A stretch of 64,000 nucleotides of DNA from an uncultured Chlamydiae bacterium (GCA_963828125.1 CAWHDP010000001.1:96001-160000), one strand, 5' to 3'; numbered from the stretch's first letter, positions 49,832-60,605 are shown. Translations and numbers: made by a program. The notes: a model not told the origin generated them from the letters alone.

Positions 49832-50072
49832 AATGGACCCCAAGGAAGAGGTTTCTTAAAAATTCGTTACGAAACTTATTTTTAATGACTTAGAACAATT
49901 TTAACTCGAACTTTCGAAAATTCAGAATCAAATAATAAGGTTCATCCGACAAATGCGTACCTGGATTCGTGTAGGTGATAAAGTCGCAATTTAAAATATT
50001 CAATATCTCGAAACCCATAAGCCTGCCTTTTCATTGTCTTGATTTTGGCAAGTGCTCATAAAATTGAGGTAA

Positions 50073-50549
50073 TCACTCCAGAAATGGGACTCGGTTACCA
50101 ATCTGCATATGGACCCTTTTGCCGCAATGTTCACAAGGAAGTGACACACCATAAGTACACCTATTGCATTTGTCACAATGCCACTCTCTCCAATCTCTAC
50201 ATGTTTTGCAAATCTCACAATGCCAACTACAATTGTCTGCAGCTACATCGTTCCAGCAAAAAGAAAACCAATAAGTTTCTTGGCATTTAGAACAGTCATA
50301 TTCTCCCAGCAAGGATTTCAAGGGAATGCTTTCGCATTCACACGGCAGTAGTATTTCTTTGGATAATTCTTTATCTTTAAGGTCTTTGACGATACGAATA
50401 TTTTGTATAGCACACAATGCCAGATGTTCCGTGTCTTGTCCATTCAGAGGGTTATGGCAATTAACACAACGACATTTCTCAGTACATCCTTGACCGTTTT
50501 TTAGACAATCGCATCGATATGTGGAACAACTTGTTTTACATTTACACAT
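50073..50549 (-). CDS. Cysteine-rich zinc-cluster protein with CXC/CRC (tesmin-like) N-terminal motif
   Basis: C-x-C-x3-C-x4-C-x-C-x6-C-x3-C-x-C-x2-C-x-N, plus two WHC-x2-C-x2-C repeats; about 24 Cys in 158 aa. Confidence 0.8.
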   Translation of the reverse strand: MCKCKTSCSTYRCDCLKNGQGCTEKCRCVNCHNPLNGQDTEHLALCAIQNIRIVKDLKDKELSKEILLPCECESIPLKSLLGEYDCSKCQETYWFSFCWNDVAADNCSWHCEICKTCRDWREWHCDKCNRCTYGVSLPCEHCGKRVHMQIGNRVPFLE

Positions 50550-50639
50550 TTTCTAATTCGCTTCTGAAAGCTTGCTAAAACTGGATTATTCTAGCCCAGG
50601 AGGCAAGCATCTTGCAATGTGATTTCTCCTGGCAGCGAA

Positions 50640-52496
50640 TTACCCAACGAGAGGCAAACAATGTTCTACAGCTTCATTTGAGTTTCGTGCGGGTGGGTCT
50701 GCAGCAGCCGCTAGCGCTCGGTCAAAAATCACGGTTGCTAAACGAGGAATCGCATATTTCCCACGTACTCTGTCCTGTAAAAAGGACAAAAAATTGATCT
50801 CGAGTTTTCGGCATGTCTGTTTTAGACTTAAAAAGGTGTCTCTAACTTTCTGCCCCATTTCACTACGAGTTCCCCCAGAAATTTTCAGCTTTATTTTTGC
50901 CGCACGGGCACATGTTTCCGAACTGTTATTATGCAAAGGCGTCTCCGGCCTCCGCAGAACCATAAGTAGTTCTTGCTTTTTGTCACGAGTTTTCTCCAGT
51001 TGGTGATTCAAGGTAGGACTGGACGTTTTCTGCTGAAAAATGGCATCAAATTTTTTGCTTATGCTCTCTGCAACTTCTTGAGAGGGTGATTCTTTATAGG
51101 TTTTAAGGTCTTGATAGATATCCCATATTTGCTCTCTGACTTGTTCCAATTCAGATCGAGACTTGTCAGTTGTCATGAGGAGCTTTCTATAGTGCCTATC
51201 TTCATGAATCCAGCATAGCGAATGTTGAAATACATAAAACTGCCCTGCATCATCACTATGCACACCCAGTTCGCGTGAGATTCCATTTTGTATCACAGAT
51301 GCATACAAAGCTGCTTCTGTGAGAAAACGAACTTCTGATTCCTTCGTAACATTACGTTCCCTTAAAAATTGCTCCCATTCTGCGAGTGTTGCAAATTTGC
51401 TATTTAAGGACAGAGAGACATAGCCAGGCAGATACTCAGCAACGTTCACATGTGACAGATATTCCAGGGTATCTTGATTGATCACATATTCTTCTTTTCC
51501 ATTTTGAAGCAATTGGAGAAAATTTTTCCGGCTCTTACTTTCTGTCGTTGTAAAAATACTGAACCAACGATTCCCTATGACCGTTGTGTACTGATTTTGC
51601 CCATTATGCCGACCGCCTGTATCGTCCACTTGCACCTGGTTTTCTACACTTGTGGCAGCAAGCATTAGCTCTGCAGCTTCTTCAATGAAAGGGTTCTTGT
51701 TCTCAATTAAAATATTGTTCAGTTGGCCTGCGGAAATCAAAATACCGATAGCGCGTAGCTGGTCTAATAGAAGATGCTCTGTAACACGGCAAGCATGGTA
51801 TTGGTGAAGGATGTAAGTCACCAATTCTGGGCCATAGTGCCCATGGATATCTTTAGGGAGTTGCCCTGTTACGTAAGTGCCATCAGGTAGTTCCCATCGA
51901 GCCAATTTGTATTGGATATTGTGTGGTTTAAGGAGGATGTCTTGCACTGTATAATGGCAATAACCTTTGAATTTAGCGCCATCCGGAATATTTTCAGGCT
52001 GAATTTCCAATTTGGTGTGGATTTCTAGTACTGTTTTTTTCTTTTTACGTTTCTTGCCTCTTGGTTGCCCAGGTTTTCCAATTCTCCTAATATTTTTGAT
52101 CATCAGTCTAGCTAATCGAGAAAGTTCAACTGTTCGTTCTTGCAACAAAGGTGAAGTGATTATGAAAAAATCGCGAGACGACAATGAAACATCAAAACTC
52201 GTTGTGAATTGCGCGGGTGAAATGAACAAAACGCGCATCTCGTGGACATCGATGAGGCTAATTCGTTTATATAGATCGGGCTTGTTCTTTTTCCCTTCCA
52301 GGTTATTGGGGGGAATGTCCGGTTTTGGCTTCTGTCCTTTGAGGCGAGCAATTTCATCTTTGAGTTGCTGGATCAGTTCTTTTTGTGCAGCCAAGGCATT
52401 GGTCATTGTATCAATTTGTTGACGGAGTTGGAAGTTTTCGTTAGAAAGCTGATCGATAAGAGAAGAGGAAATTTGAACTTTTGAGGAATCTTGCAT
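50640..52496 (-). CDS. IS66-family transposase (single-ORF type)
   Basis: N-terminal coiled coil, QVDDTG, SDDAGQF...H.LCWIH..R and TPLHNN.SE motifs. Confidence 0.88.
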   Translation of the reverse strand: MQDSSKVQISSSLIDQLSNENFQLRQQIDTMTNALAAQKELIQQLKDEIARLKGQKPKPDIPPNNLEGKKNKPDLYKRISLIDVHEMRVLFISPAQFTTSFDVSLSSRDFFIITSPLLQERTVELSRLARLMIKNIRRIGKPGQPRGKKRKKKKTVLEIHTKLEIQPENIPDGAKFKGYCHYTVQDILLKPHNIQYKLARWELPDGTYVTGQLPKDIHGHYGPELVTYILHQYHACRVTEHLLLDQLRAIGILISAGQLNNILIENKNPFIEEAAELMLAATSVENQVQVDDTGGRHNGQNQYTTVIGNRWFSIFTTTESKSRKNFLQLLQNGKEEYVINQDTLEYLSHVNVAEYLPGYVSLSLNSKFATLAEWEQFLRERNVTKESEVRFLTEAALYASVIQNGISRELGVHSDDAGQFYVFQHSLCWIHEDRHYRKLLMTTDKSRSELEQVREQIWDIYQDLKTYKESPSQEVAESISKKFDAIFQQKTSSPTLNHQLEKTRDKKQELLMVLRRPETPLHNNSSETCARAAKIKLKISGGTRSEMGQKVRDTFLSLKQTCRKLEINFLSFLQDRVRGKYAIPRLATVIFDRALAAAADPPARNSNEAVEHCLPLVG

Positions 52497-52648
52497 TTGT
52501 GCATGCCTTGTATGGCTGGATACAATAGCAAATGTTTAGAAAACAATCACCTAAATTTTTTATTCAACGAACACAGATTAGACGGTGAAAAACAGTGCCC
52601 ATGAAATCGAGGTAATCGGGGCCCCGCTTCGGGGTGATTACCTCAGTT

Positions 52649-53764
52649 TTATGAGCAGTTGCTGATTTTGTTGTTTATGCCTTCTGCTGCGGCGTTCGAG
52701 ATTCGATGTTTGAAATAGTTCAATAACCCCGTCTTGTATTGGTGTAATGTTTTGACCACTCGTCTTAGCGGTTTGAGCCCTGTTGCCAAAGCATCGACTC
52801 CCCATCTGACGAGAAAATGTTCCGCCTCCTCTACAGAGTCTTTCTCCCAGAAAAGTTGGAATTGCTCCTTCAGGGAATGTGCCAAAAACAAGGGTTCATT
52901 TACAGCCAATAAGGCGCCCAATCGTGTTTGGTTTTCTAGATCCAAGTTGTCATAATTCGTTAGGAATAAAAACCGACTGCCCTTCAGTACTTTTGCATCG
53001 GCCCCACTCAAGTTTTGCTGTTGATCTTTGCGCACCTCGTCCAGGGCTTTATTCAATAAAGCCGTCACATGAAAATGATCAAATACCACATCTACGTTCG
53101 GCAAAAACTCTTGTGCTGCTGGGTAGTACGATTTGCTCATGTCCATAGCGATTGCTTTTAACTTTGGTGCGTGCTTTGCCAGTTTCTTGAAAAAGGGAGC
53201 TACCGCCTCTATAGTTCTACCCTCTACAGCGTGAATAATTCTCCCCGACCGTAGATCTGTGAAAACGGTCATGTATTCATGCCCTTTCCGTATGCTGAAT
53301 TCATCGACGGTAATGTATTCCAAATCTTCTAGAGGAATTGTTTTATAGAGAGCAGTCAATTTCTCTTTGTGGATCCTCTTCACGACATTCCAGCTAATTT
53401 TTAGAAATCGAGAGACATCCAAGAGAGTGCTAAAATGCAAAAGATCCAGCACGTGTGCTATCATGGAGCGCACCATTCGGAATTTGCCTTTCATAAAAGG
53501 CAATCGAGGCCACCATTTATGGCCACATTGAGGACAGGCTACTCGATGTAGCAGCACGTTTAGAAAACAGGGCTTGCCGCCAAACGGCACCATTTTAAAC
53601 TGCCGCTTTTTTTGTCCCTTGAAGATTGTGCGCGTACAGCCACATTTGCATTGAGATGGATCGACCATTATAGCGTGGATCGTAATCGCCCCCGCTTCAA
53701 ATTTGGTAGATTGGTATTGAACTCCGCTGATTCCGTATGCATGATACAAGAGAGAAGTAGACAT
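52649..53764 (-). pseudogene. ISL3 transposase, interrupted
   Basis: VDEFSIRKGH.Y.T, AMDMS..Y, VFDHFHV and AEGINNKI motifs, followed by the insertion. Confidence 0.93.
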
Positions 53765-54167
53765 AGAAGAAGCCTCCCGTGAGGGTGTTTGTTCAAGCTC
53801 CTTTTATATGTCTGCTTCTTTTGTTTCTACCCGCCAGTCAAGACCTTCTAGAAATCACAACGCGCTGAATAATCAATACTTATAAAAATCTAAGGACTTA
53901 ATGCCTTTCCCCTCTACAGGTACTCATTTGTCGGATGAACCAATAATAATTTGAAAAAGCAAATTGTGGGTTAAAAAAAGTATCCTTGAGAATTCCAATA
54001 CACCCAATCGTTCAAAGCTTGTTTGGTTGTATCAACAACGTTCAAGCCTTTAAGCTGCTTTAGGGATTGTCTGAAGATAACTCGTACACTTTCATAGGAA
54101 ATTTTTCAAATTTCCATAGATAAAAATATATATTGATGATACTCTTCCTGTCCTCAGAGCAGGGATC

Positions 54168-54600
54168 GTGGTTTCCAAGAACATCATCCGAACAAAATAT
54201 CTTCGAGTCAATCACTCATTGAACGAAAAAAGCCGTCGCTTATGGTGTGCCGCTGAAGCGTTAGCGCTTGGAAAGGGCGGAGTAACATTAGTGCATGCCG
54301 CTACTAAAGTTAGTCGTTCGACAATCTATTTGGGGATCAAAGATATCCAACAAAAACGGCGTCGCAAAAAATCCAAGGGCCGTATTCGTAAAAAAGATGA
54401 TGGAGCAAAACCTATTTCGAGCAAAATGCCTGGGATATTATCGGTACTGGAAACATTGGTTGAGGCTTCTACCAAAGGAGATCCCGAGGTTTCCTTGCGG
54501 TGGACCAGTAAGAGTTTACGCAAACTATCCGCAGAGCTCAAAAATCGGGGATACGAAGTAGGTCGCTCTACCGTAGGCAATTTATTAGAAGAGGCCGGAT
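54168..54600 (+). pseudogene. ISAzo13-family transposase N-terminal fragment
   Basis: LNEK.RRLW.AAEA..LG.GG and GDPE..LRWTSKSLRKL motifs. Confidence 0.9.
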
Positions 54601-54655
54601 GGTCAAGCGACACCAGAAAGTGACCCACCGGCGACATTGAAAAGTGACCCACCCC
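54601..54655. mobile_element. IS21-like terminal repeat remnant
   Basis: Tandem gcgaca....aaagtgacccacc repeats at the truncation point of the ISAzo13 fragment. Confidence 0.65.
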
Positions 54656-55245
54656 CCTATTTGAAGTGAGAGTAAGCATGGAACCCAATAAAATCTCTGC
54701 TGTTGTAACAGGAGACAGTAAAGAGAGAATGGAACCACCTAATAGTGTAGAAAAAATTTTATATTTGTCATCAGAAAGGTGGGGTAAAAGACGGATTGTG
54801 CGGTGGCGGGGCCTGCCTGTGGGTGGAGCGAGCGTTTTTTTAACTCTGCCACTTCCTCCGTTCTTGTTTCCAGCTGCGCCTTCAGTTTAGCGATCTCGGC
54901 ATCCTTCTGATTCAGTTCATAACGCAGCGTTTTTATAGATGATTAAAATAATTTTTTTTTAACTAATCTGACCTTCCATTATTTGCTGTGTGCGAAAAAT
55001 TCATAAATTTCTATGCGCCAATCGAATAGAAAGAAAATAATTCAGTTCAGAGTAAAGGTATTTATGTTTTTTGATTAAAATTCAGCTTCAGTTTATGCTC
55101 TTATAAAGCTTAACTAAAAAATGAAGTTTTAGTGAACTCATAAAATTTAGTTTTAATGTGAAATTATTCTTGCTTGCAATTGATTTTTTTAATTTAATAA
55201 TAGCAGAGCTTGCGATATTTATCCAAAAAACACGGGATTTCTTAT

Positions 55246-56898
55246 ATGATTTTTATCGGCAAAAAACACAAATTTGGACTGTTCCAATTTCGCGATGTTG
55301 TTCTAGAAAAAAGAACAACAGTTAAGATCTGTCCAGATGTCTCGGATGTCCTTCAAAAAACTAGGGATTTCATCGATTATCTCCTAGAAAACAATATTGA
55401 AGTATATGGGATTACGACAGGTTTAGCTGATCTCAGAACCCAAAAGATCAATGCCACTGAAGCTGCCCAATTCTCCTGTAATTTGATCGAGAGCCATGAT
55501 GCAGGAATAGGTATCCCGATTCCTCAAGACATTACTCTGGGAGCAATGGTCGCCAGAGCCTCTTCCTTAGCAAAAGGTTTTTCTGGATTTCAGTTAAACA
55601 GCCTCGAAACTCTAGTGCAAATGATAAACAACAGAATTATTCCTCAAATTCCCAAAACGGGCTCTTTAGGAGCAAGCGGGGATCTTGCTTTTCTAGCCCG
55701 CATGGCAAGAGCGATGAGGGGGGATGATGTACCTGTTTGGTATAACAATAAAACGATCAGTGCTCGAAAGGCCCTGGAACTTGCCAAAATTCAACCGTTT
55801 GAACCCTTAGCCAAAGAAGGACTCGCTGTCACTAACGGGACTTCCTTTATTATTTCCATGCTAGCCACCGCCTATCTACAAGAATTAAATGAACTTGAAA
55901 ATATCCTCGCACTGCAGGGACTCTTTTTAAATGCCATCGGGTCTACTACTGCCGCATTCAATCAGAGCATACATCAGATTCGCGATCATGCAGGACAAAC
56001 GCTTATTGCTAAGATCCTAGCTAGGCATTTTGAATTTTCAATTTTTTCCGATTCTTCTAGAATACAAGATGACTATTGTATTCGCTGCATTCCCCAGATA
56101 TTCGGGCCCAAAATAGAAATTATTCTTGAACAGCATAAAAAAATCGATATCGAGCTTGATGCAGTTACTGATAACCCTCTTTTCTTTAAAGGTGACGAAA
56201 TCTCCACTGACGTTGATGCGAGTAGGATCTGGTCTGTTAATAATGAGTTTTGGACGGTTCTGTCTGGTGGAAATTTTCATGGTGAATGTTTAACGACTAT
56301 TGCAGACACGATGTGTGCATCCAATGTAAAAATCGCTTACACCCTTGAAAGACAAATAGCGTATATGCTCAACCCCAATCGAAATAGGAACCAACTTCCT
56401 ATTCATCTCATTACGGATACTTCCTGTTTGGGGCTTCTATCTGGATACATGATTACTCAATACACAGCCAATGCTCTTGTGCAGAGAATCGCGCAGCTTG
56501 GAACGCCGACCTCAATTTTTAATATTACAAGCGGGAATGAAACGGAGGATATCGTTAGCTATGGCTCTACAGCAGCAGAAAGACTTCTGGAACAATTGCA
56601 ATACCTTCGAGAGTTGAATGCTATCTACCTGACTGTAGCCACCCAGGCATATGCTATAACTCGAGCGGCACACATATCTGCAGGAAAAGCCGTATCTCAT
56701 AAATTATTAGCTGAGCAAATATTTAAAAAAATTCAGGACGTTACTGAAGAAGAATATCCGACTTCCAAAGAAGAAAATTTCGACAGACGTTACAGCCAAG
56801 CATTTAAAGTTCTTGACTCAGGTGTTTTGAGATTGATTATGGGAAATCCTCTTTATGCTAAAATCCGGAGCGAGGAAGGCTCTTTCTCTCCAAAATAG
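55246..56898 (+). CDS. MIO-dependent aromatic amino acid ammonia-lyase (histidine ammonia-lyase-like)
   Basis: VYGITTG, LIESH, GSLGASGDL (MIO), KEGLA.TNGT, QD.Y..RC.PQ, DNP and GGNFHG motifs. Confidence 0.92.
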   Translation: MIFIGKKHKFGLFQFRDVVLEKRTTVKICPDVSDVLQKTRDFIDYLLENNIEVYGITTGLADLRTQKINATEAAQFSCNLIESHDAGIGIPIPQDITLGAMVARASSLAKGFSGFQLNSLETLVQMINNRIIPQIPKTGSLGASGDLAFLARMARAMRGDDVPVWYNNKTISARKALELAKIQPFEPLAKEGLAVTNGTSFIISMLATAYLQELNELENILALQGLFLNAIGSTTAAFNQSIHQIRDHAGQTLIAKILARHFEFSIFSDSSRIQDDYCIRCIPQIFGPKIEIILEQHKKIDIELDAVTDNPLFFKGDEISTDVDASRIWSVNNEFWTVLSGGNFHGECLTTIADTMCASNVKIAYTLERQIAYMLNPNRNRNQLPIHLITDTSCLGLLSGYMITQYTANALVQRIAQLGTPTSIFNITSGNETEDIVSYGSTAAERLLEQLQYLRELNAIYLTVATQAYAITRAAHISAGKAVSHKLLAEQIFKKIQDVTEEEYPTSKEENFDRRYSQAFKVLDSGVLRLIMGNPLYAKIRSEEGSFSPK

Positions 56899-56907
56899 GT
56901 CCACAGC

Positions 56908-58176
56908 CTATTCTTCGGTCGTTATGTGTCTATGATTTTGAATCATTAGATAGGATCCGAGTGATATAAAGGAGCAAATCAACAAGATCCAAAAATATGA
57001 CGTTTGGCTTTCGGTAACATGCAGCAAATAAAGAGCAGTCGCGGGAGTCAATCCTTCAAGGCTATCAGCAATGTTAAATGTCAGACCTATGCCGCTAAAG
57101 CGCAGTGGCGTTGGAAATAAATCAGTTAATATGAATGGTAAAATCGCATAAAGACAAGAAAACGAGATCGCAAGAAATACGCAAATTGCCAATGAAATTA
57201 CATAGTCCAGTCTGAAGAAATGAAGAGAAATCATCAATACAATGATCAATGAAGTGCAATTAATTAGGATTTTTTTATAATCATATTTGTCAGCAAGTTT
57301 CCCAAAAAATGGGAGTGGGATGGTTATTAAGACAAGGACGATAATTAGAATCACTAAATTCATTGAATAACTTGTCCCCAGTAAGTTCCCGAGATAGATG
57401 GGGAAAAAATAGGCGAGCGCACCAAAAGAAACGCTTGGGATAGCGGAATAACATATTCCTTTTACAATTTTCCATTTGTATGTCAAAAGCACATTAGATA
57501 TAGGAGAATTAACAATTTTATGTGTTTTTTCCAAATGCGCCCAGACTGGCGTTTCTTTCAGCGTATGCCGCAAATAAAATCCATAAAATCCGATGAGGGA
57601 TCCGAGGAGAAATGATAGTCTCCAACCCCACGTAAACAGATCCTCTGCGGAAAAGAATTTTTCAAAAACCAAGCATTCCACCATGGCAAGCATAATCCCC
57701 ATCTGATTCCCCATAAAACCCCAGCTTGTCAGATATTTTCTATTAGACGCATGTGCACTTTCATAGAGATAGCAAAATGATCCTGGCAGTTCTCCACCAG
57801 CCGGAAAAGACTGTAGAAGCCGATTAATACAGAGCAAAATCGGTGCAAATATTCCAACAGATGAATAGCTTGGCAAAAAACCTATCAACATTGTAGGAAT
57901 GGTCATAGTAAGAATAGACCATATAAGAGCTTTTCTCCTTCCAATCTTATCTCCTAAACGCCCAAAAAAAATCCCGCCCAATGGGCGTATCAAATATCCA
58001 AGGCCAAGAAAAAGGAAGACATTCAGCAGATTTGTTGCTGGAGAATCGTTATCAAAAAATATTTTTGAAATTGTGGGAGCCCAGTAAGCATATAGGGAAA
58101 GTTCATACCACTCCAAAGTGGTTCCTATATTCACGGCAAAAAGTATGGATTTTTGGTGCCGTTTTGAGTAACTCAA
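56908..58176 (-). CDS. MHS-family MFS transporter (paralog of 12814..14100)
   Basis: G..LEWYE, RPLGGIFFG.LGDKIGR and LQSFPAG.ELPG..CYLYES motifs. Confidence 0.92.
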   Translation of the reverse strand: MSYSKRHQKSILFAVNIGTTLEWYELSLYAYWAPTISKIFFDNDSPATNLLNVFLFLGLGYLIRPLGGIFFGRLGDKIGRRKALIWSILTMTIPTMLIGFLPSYSSVGIFAPILLCINRLLQSFPAGGELPGSFCYLYESAHASNRKYLTSWGFMGNQMGIMLAMVECLVFEKFFSAEDLFTWGWRLSFLLGSLIGFYGFYLRHTLKETPVWAHLEKTHKIVNSPISNVLLTYKWKIVKGICYSAIPSVSFGALAYFFPIYLGNLLGTSYSMNLVILIIVLVLITIPLPFFGKLADKYDYKKILINCTSLIIVLMISLHFFRLDYVISLAICVFLAISFSCLYAILPFILTDLFPTPLRFSGIGLTFNIADSLEGLTPATALYLLHVTESQTSYFWILLICSFISLGSYLMIQNHRHITTEE

Positions 58177-58202
58177 TGCATGCTTCCCATTTTTAAAGCC
58201 AT

Positions 58203-58436
58203 CTATTCCTTGATTTCTGTTTTTTTATTTAACAGCCAAAAACATAAAAAGAAAAAAAATATTGAAAAATAACTAAGAGGCGGGACTTTATCGCTATATC
58301 GAGGGATTCTAATCAAAAACGGAATCAAGAAAAAAACGATAGAAGCGATAGATGACAATATGGCTAGGGGCCAAAACAACTTATTATTCAGAATGATCAG
58401 CTGCCATAGATGTTGATTTCTTCTTTTTTTTACCAC
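58203..58436 (-). CDS. Small membrane protein
   Basis: GGAGG RBS and two hydrophobic segments. Confidence 0.5.
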   Translation of the reverse strand: MVKKRRNQHLWQLIILNNKLFWPLAILSSIASIVFFLIPFLIRIPRYSDKVPPLSYFSIFFFFLCFWLLNKKTEIKE

Positions 58437-58549
58437 GAAGGTGCCTCCAAATTGGATAGAGACTAGACCTTTTTTTGTATATCTTAGGGATTTTCTAGTC
58501 CAGGTAATTCTGTGAAGGCTGTGAGATATCTAGACTTGGTGAGTGAATA

Positions 58550-59395
58550 TTATTGGGCAGTAGCTTTAGAAGCTACGATGACTAATTCGTCCATACGATA
58601 ATGAACCGTTCCATTCGGGCTACAAGGAGTGATTGCTACATAAGCTTCAACTACGTCGTGGACATACTCCTTTCTTTGATCTTCTGCAATAGTCCCGAAA
58701 GGGATCCAGCCCATTAAAGAATTTGCAAAAATTTCTTTGTTAACATAATCTAAAGAGGCATCTATTAGTTGTAAATTTTCTGGAATCAACATTGAAGTTT
58801 CAATTAAGCTCGCCCATTCGGCAAAAGTATAAAATGAAAAAACACTCTTTGTATTCCCAAAGTAGGAACGCCAACGCTCTCTTTTTGCAACCTCATCGAT
58901 AATCTGATGGAGTGGGTGTCTGACTTGAATGGGGGCAACCAAGATCAAAACTTGTCCCCCTGGTAGGAGGGCCTTATAGATTTGCTCGAGAGCGATATTA
59001 ATTTCAGCAACCCAATGTAAGCTATTAAAGGCCATAATACGATCAAACTGGTTTTCAAAGGGGAGGTATGCGGCATCGCCGTGAATAAAAGATAAATTTG
59101 GCATTAGGTTAGCTTGAGCTGCTTCAAGCATAGAAGGGGAAGGATCTAACCCCAGAACCTTGCCATACGGAACACGGCTGGCTAAATATTTAGTAAACCG
59201 CCCATCCCCGCAGCCAATGTCTAGTACTTTTGCATTTATAGGGATTTGAGTGAAACTCGAAGCAACAGAGGCTACCTGAAATTGCCATTCAGAATTATTG
59301 GTGTAATAGTTTCCGTTCCAACAGGAACTGGCAACATACTTTCCTGCGGATAATAAATCAGGCATCTTTCTCTTCATATAACCATTTATATCCAA
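58550..59395 (-). CDS. Class I SAM-dependent methyltransferase (Tam-like)
   Basis: VLDIGCGDG, GLD.S..ML, FD....N.LHWV and L.PGG motifs. Confidence 0.9.
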   Translation of the reverse strand: MDINGYMKRKMPDLLSAGKYVASSCWNGNYYTNNSEWQFQVASVASSFTQIPINAKVLDIGCGDGRFTKYLASRVPYGKVLGLDPSPSMLEAAQANLMPNLSFIHGDAAYLPFENQFDRIMAFNSLHWVAEINIALEQIYKALLPGGQVLILVAPIQVRHPLHQIIDEVAKRERWRSYFGNTKSVFSFYTFAEWASLIETSMLIPENLQLIDASLDYVNKEIFANSLMGWIPFGTIAEDQRKEYVHDVVEAYVAITPCSPNGTVHYRMDELVIVASKATAQ

Positions 59396-59591
59396 TAAAT
59401 TGTGCCTTATTTTAAACTATCTTCATTTTTATATCAAGCTGTATAAATTTTTTTTATTGAATTGGATGAAAGGCTTGCTGGGCTTCTGCCTTCGGCGATT
59501 CGATACCGTCAGTGACCTCTAAGAACCCTCTGCAGAGAAGAATGGCGCAATAGCTAGAGCGAATTTACACAAAATTATGGACTTGACTCGG

Positions 59592-60503
59592 CTAATTTTG
59601 AGATTGCGGTACGTAGCTTTCTTGAGCAATCACATGCTCTATCAGCAGAGACTGGTCGTCATTATCTATCCTGCAAGCTTGCCGCGCAGCATTGTATGTG
59701 GCTTCTTTATACCCCTTATGATTAGTGGTTAACGCAATAATTTCTTGTCTGCGTGGATTGTATGATAGTATCTTTTCAAGAGCGGTTTTTTCTATGCTAA
59801 ACGCTTTGCGAAGAGATATAGCTTGATGTGCAGATATCCTTGAGATGATTTGGCCTTCAAAAAAATATATTTCTGGATGTAAATTCCCCCTATATATTCG
59901 TGGAGTTTTTAAAATTTTCTCCCAAATGCAATCTTCTAATATCCAATTGGAATCAATAACCAGTTTTGAAACGATGGGAATCGTTTTATATTCTGTAATT
60001 ATGCTTTTATATTTTGCGAAAATATTAGCTAGACCTTTCACTTTTTCTGCGTCAATTTTTACATCGTTAGGCACCATTTTGCCCAGCCTGTCTCTTCCCC
60101 ATCGATTGTGCAGGGCCATGGCTAAATAATAACGAAAGGAACAGTCTTGGAAATTATATGTGTGCGGAAAAAGGGTCTGGATCTCCTGCGCCATCTGCGT
60201 TTTGAAATTGTCTAAAAGTCGTTCCGCGGCTCCTTCAACGTTATTTTTCGCTAATAATCGTAAGCCCTCAACGTCGGATGGATGATTTGCGCTGATGTAT
60301 TGATTCAGCGTTCCTAAAGCATCCAATTTTTCGACATGTCTGATGGACCAATAAATCATTCCAATAACCCCTACCAGAACAAAGGACAGCATCACGCTAA
60401 GCGCTTTCGTCCAAAGGGACACACTGAGTTGTTCGACCTTGTTGATCAGTTCATGAGTGCGGGAAATGTTATAATTCTGATTCAATATCGGGTTAATTGC
60501 CAT
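59592..60503 (-). CDS. Hypothetical protein with one TM segment (possible effector)
   Basis: 303-aa low-GC ORF with a polar N-terminus and a hydrophobic stretch at about aa 30-55. Confidence 0.6.
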   Translation of the reverse strand: MAINPILNQNYNISRTHELINKVEQLSVSLWTKALSVMLSFVLVGVIGMIYWSIRHVEKLDALGTLNQYISANHPSDVEGLRLLAKNNVEGAAERLLDNFKTQMAQEIQTLFPHTYNFQDCSFRYYLAMALHNRWGRDRLGKMVPNDVKIDAEKVKGLANIFAKYKSIITEYKTIPIVSKLVIDSNWILEDCIWEKILKTPRIYRGNLHPEIYFFEGQIISRISAHQAISLRKAFSIEKTALEKILSYNPRRQEIIALTTNHKGYKEATYNAARQACRIDNDDQSLLIEHVIAQESYVPQSQN

Positions 60504-60605
60504 GATATAGTGTTTATTTTACTATACTGATTGTTAAAAAGCTATTGTAAAATAATTTATTTGTATCGATGAATATAGAGATAGAAGGAGTTGTAGCTAT
60601 ACTGA

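Larger units (their letters stand above)
50048..52662 (-). mobile_element. IS66-like element (2615 bp) with passenger gene
   Basis: ~29-bp TIRs gcaa(g/c)tgctcataaaa(t/c)tgaggtaatcac and an 8-bp TSD tgattttg. Confidence 0.92.
49939..53941 (-). mobile_element. ISL3-family IS (1380 bp when reconstructed) interrupted by an IS66-like element
   Basis: 25-bp TIRs ggttcatccgacaaatg(c/a)gtacctg and an 8-bp TSD aataataa. The transposase body is at 52663-53764 and its tail (KIKTMKRQAYGFRDIEYFKLRL) at about 49942-50047. Confidence 0.95.

Noticed and set aside
48050..53890. Loose AT-rich dyads (taag...actta type) at several element boundaries
   Set aside because: Too degenerate to distinguish from chance in AT-rich DNA without computation.
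54666..54930. 74-aa plus-strand ORF and a minus-strand coiled-coil scrap
   Set aside because: No recognisable family; probably debris next to the IS21-like end.
11300..60600. Prophage or integrative conjugative element
   Set aside because: No phage structural, integrase, relaxase or T4SS genes, and no att repeats were found.
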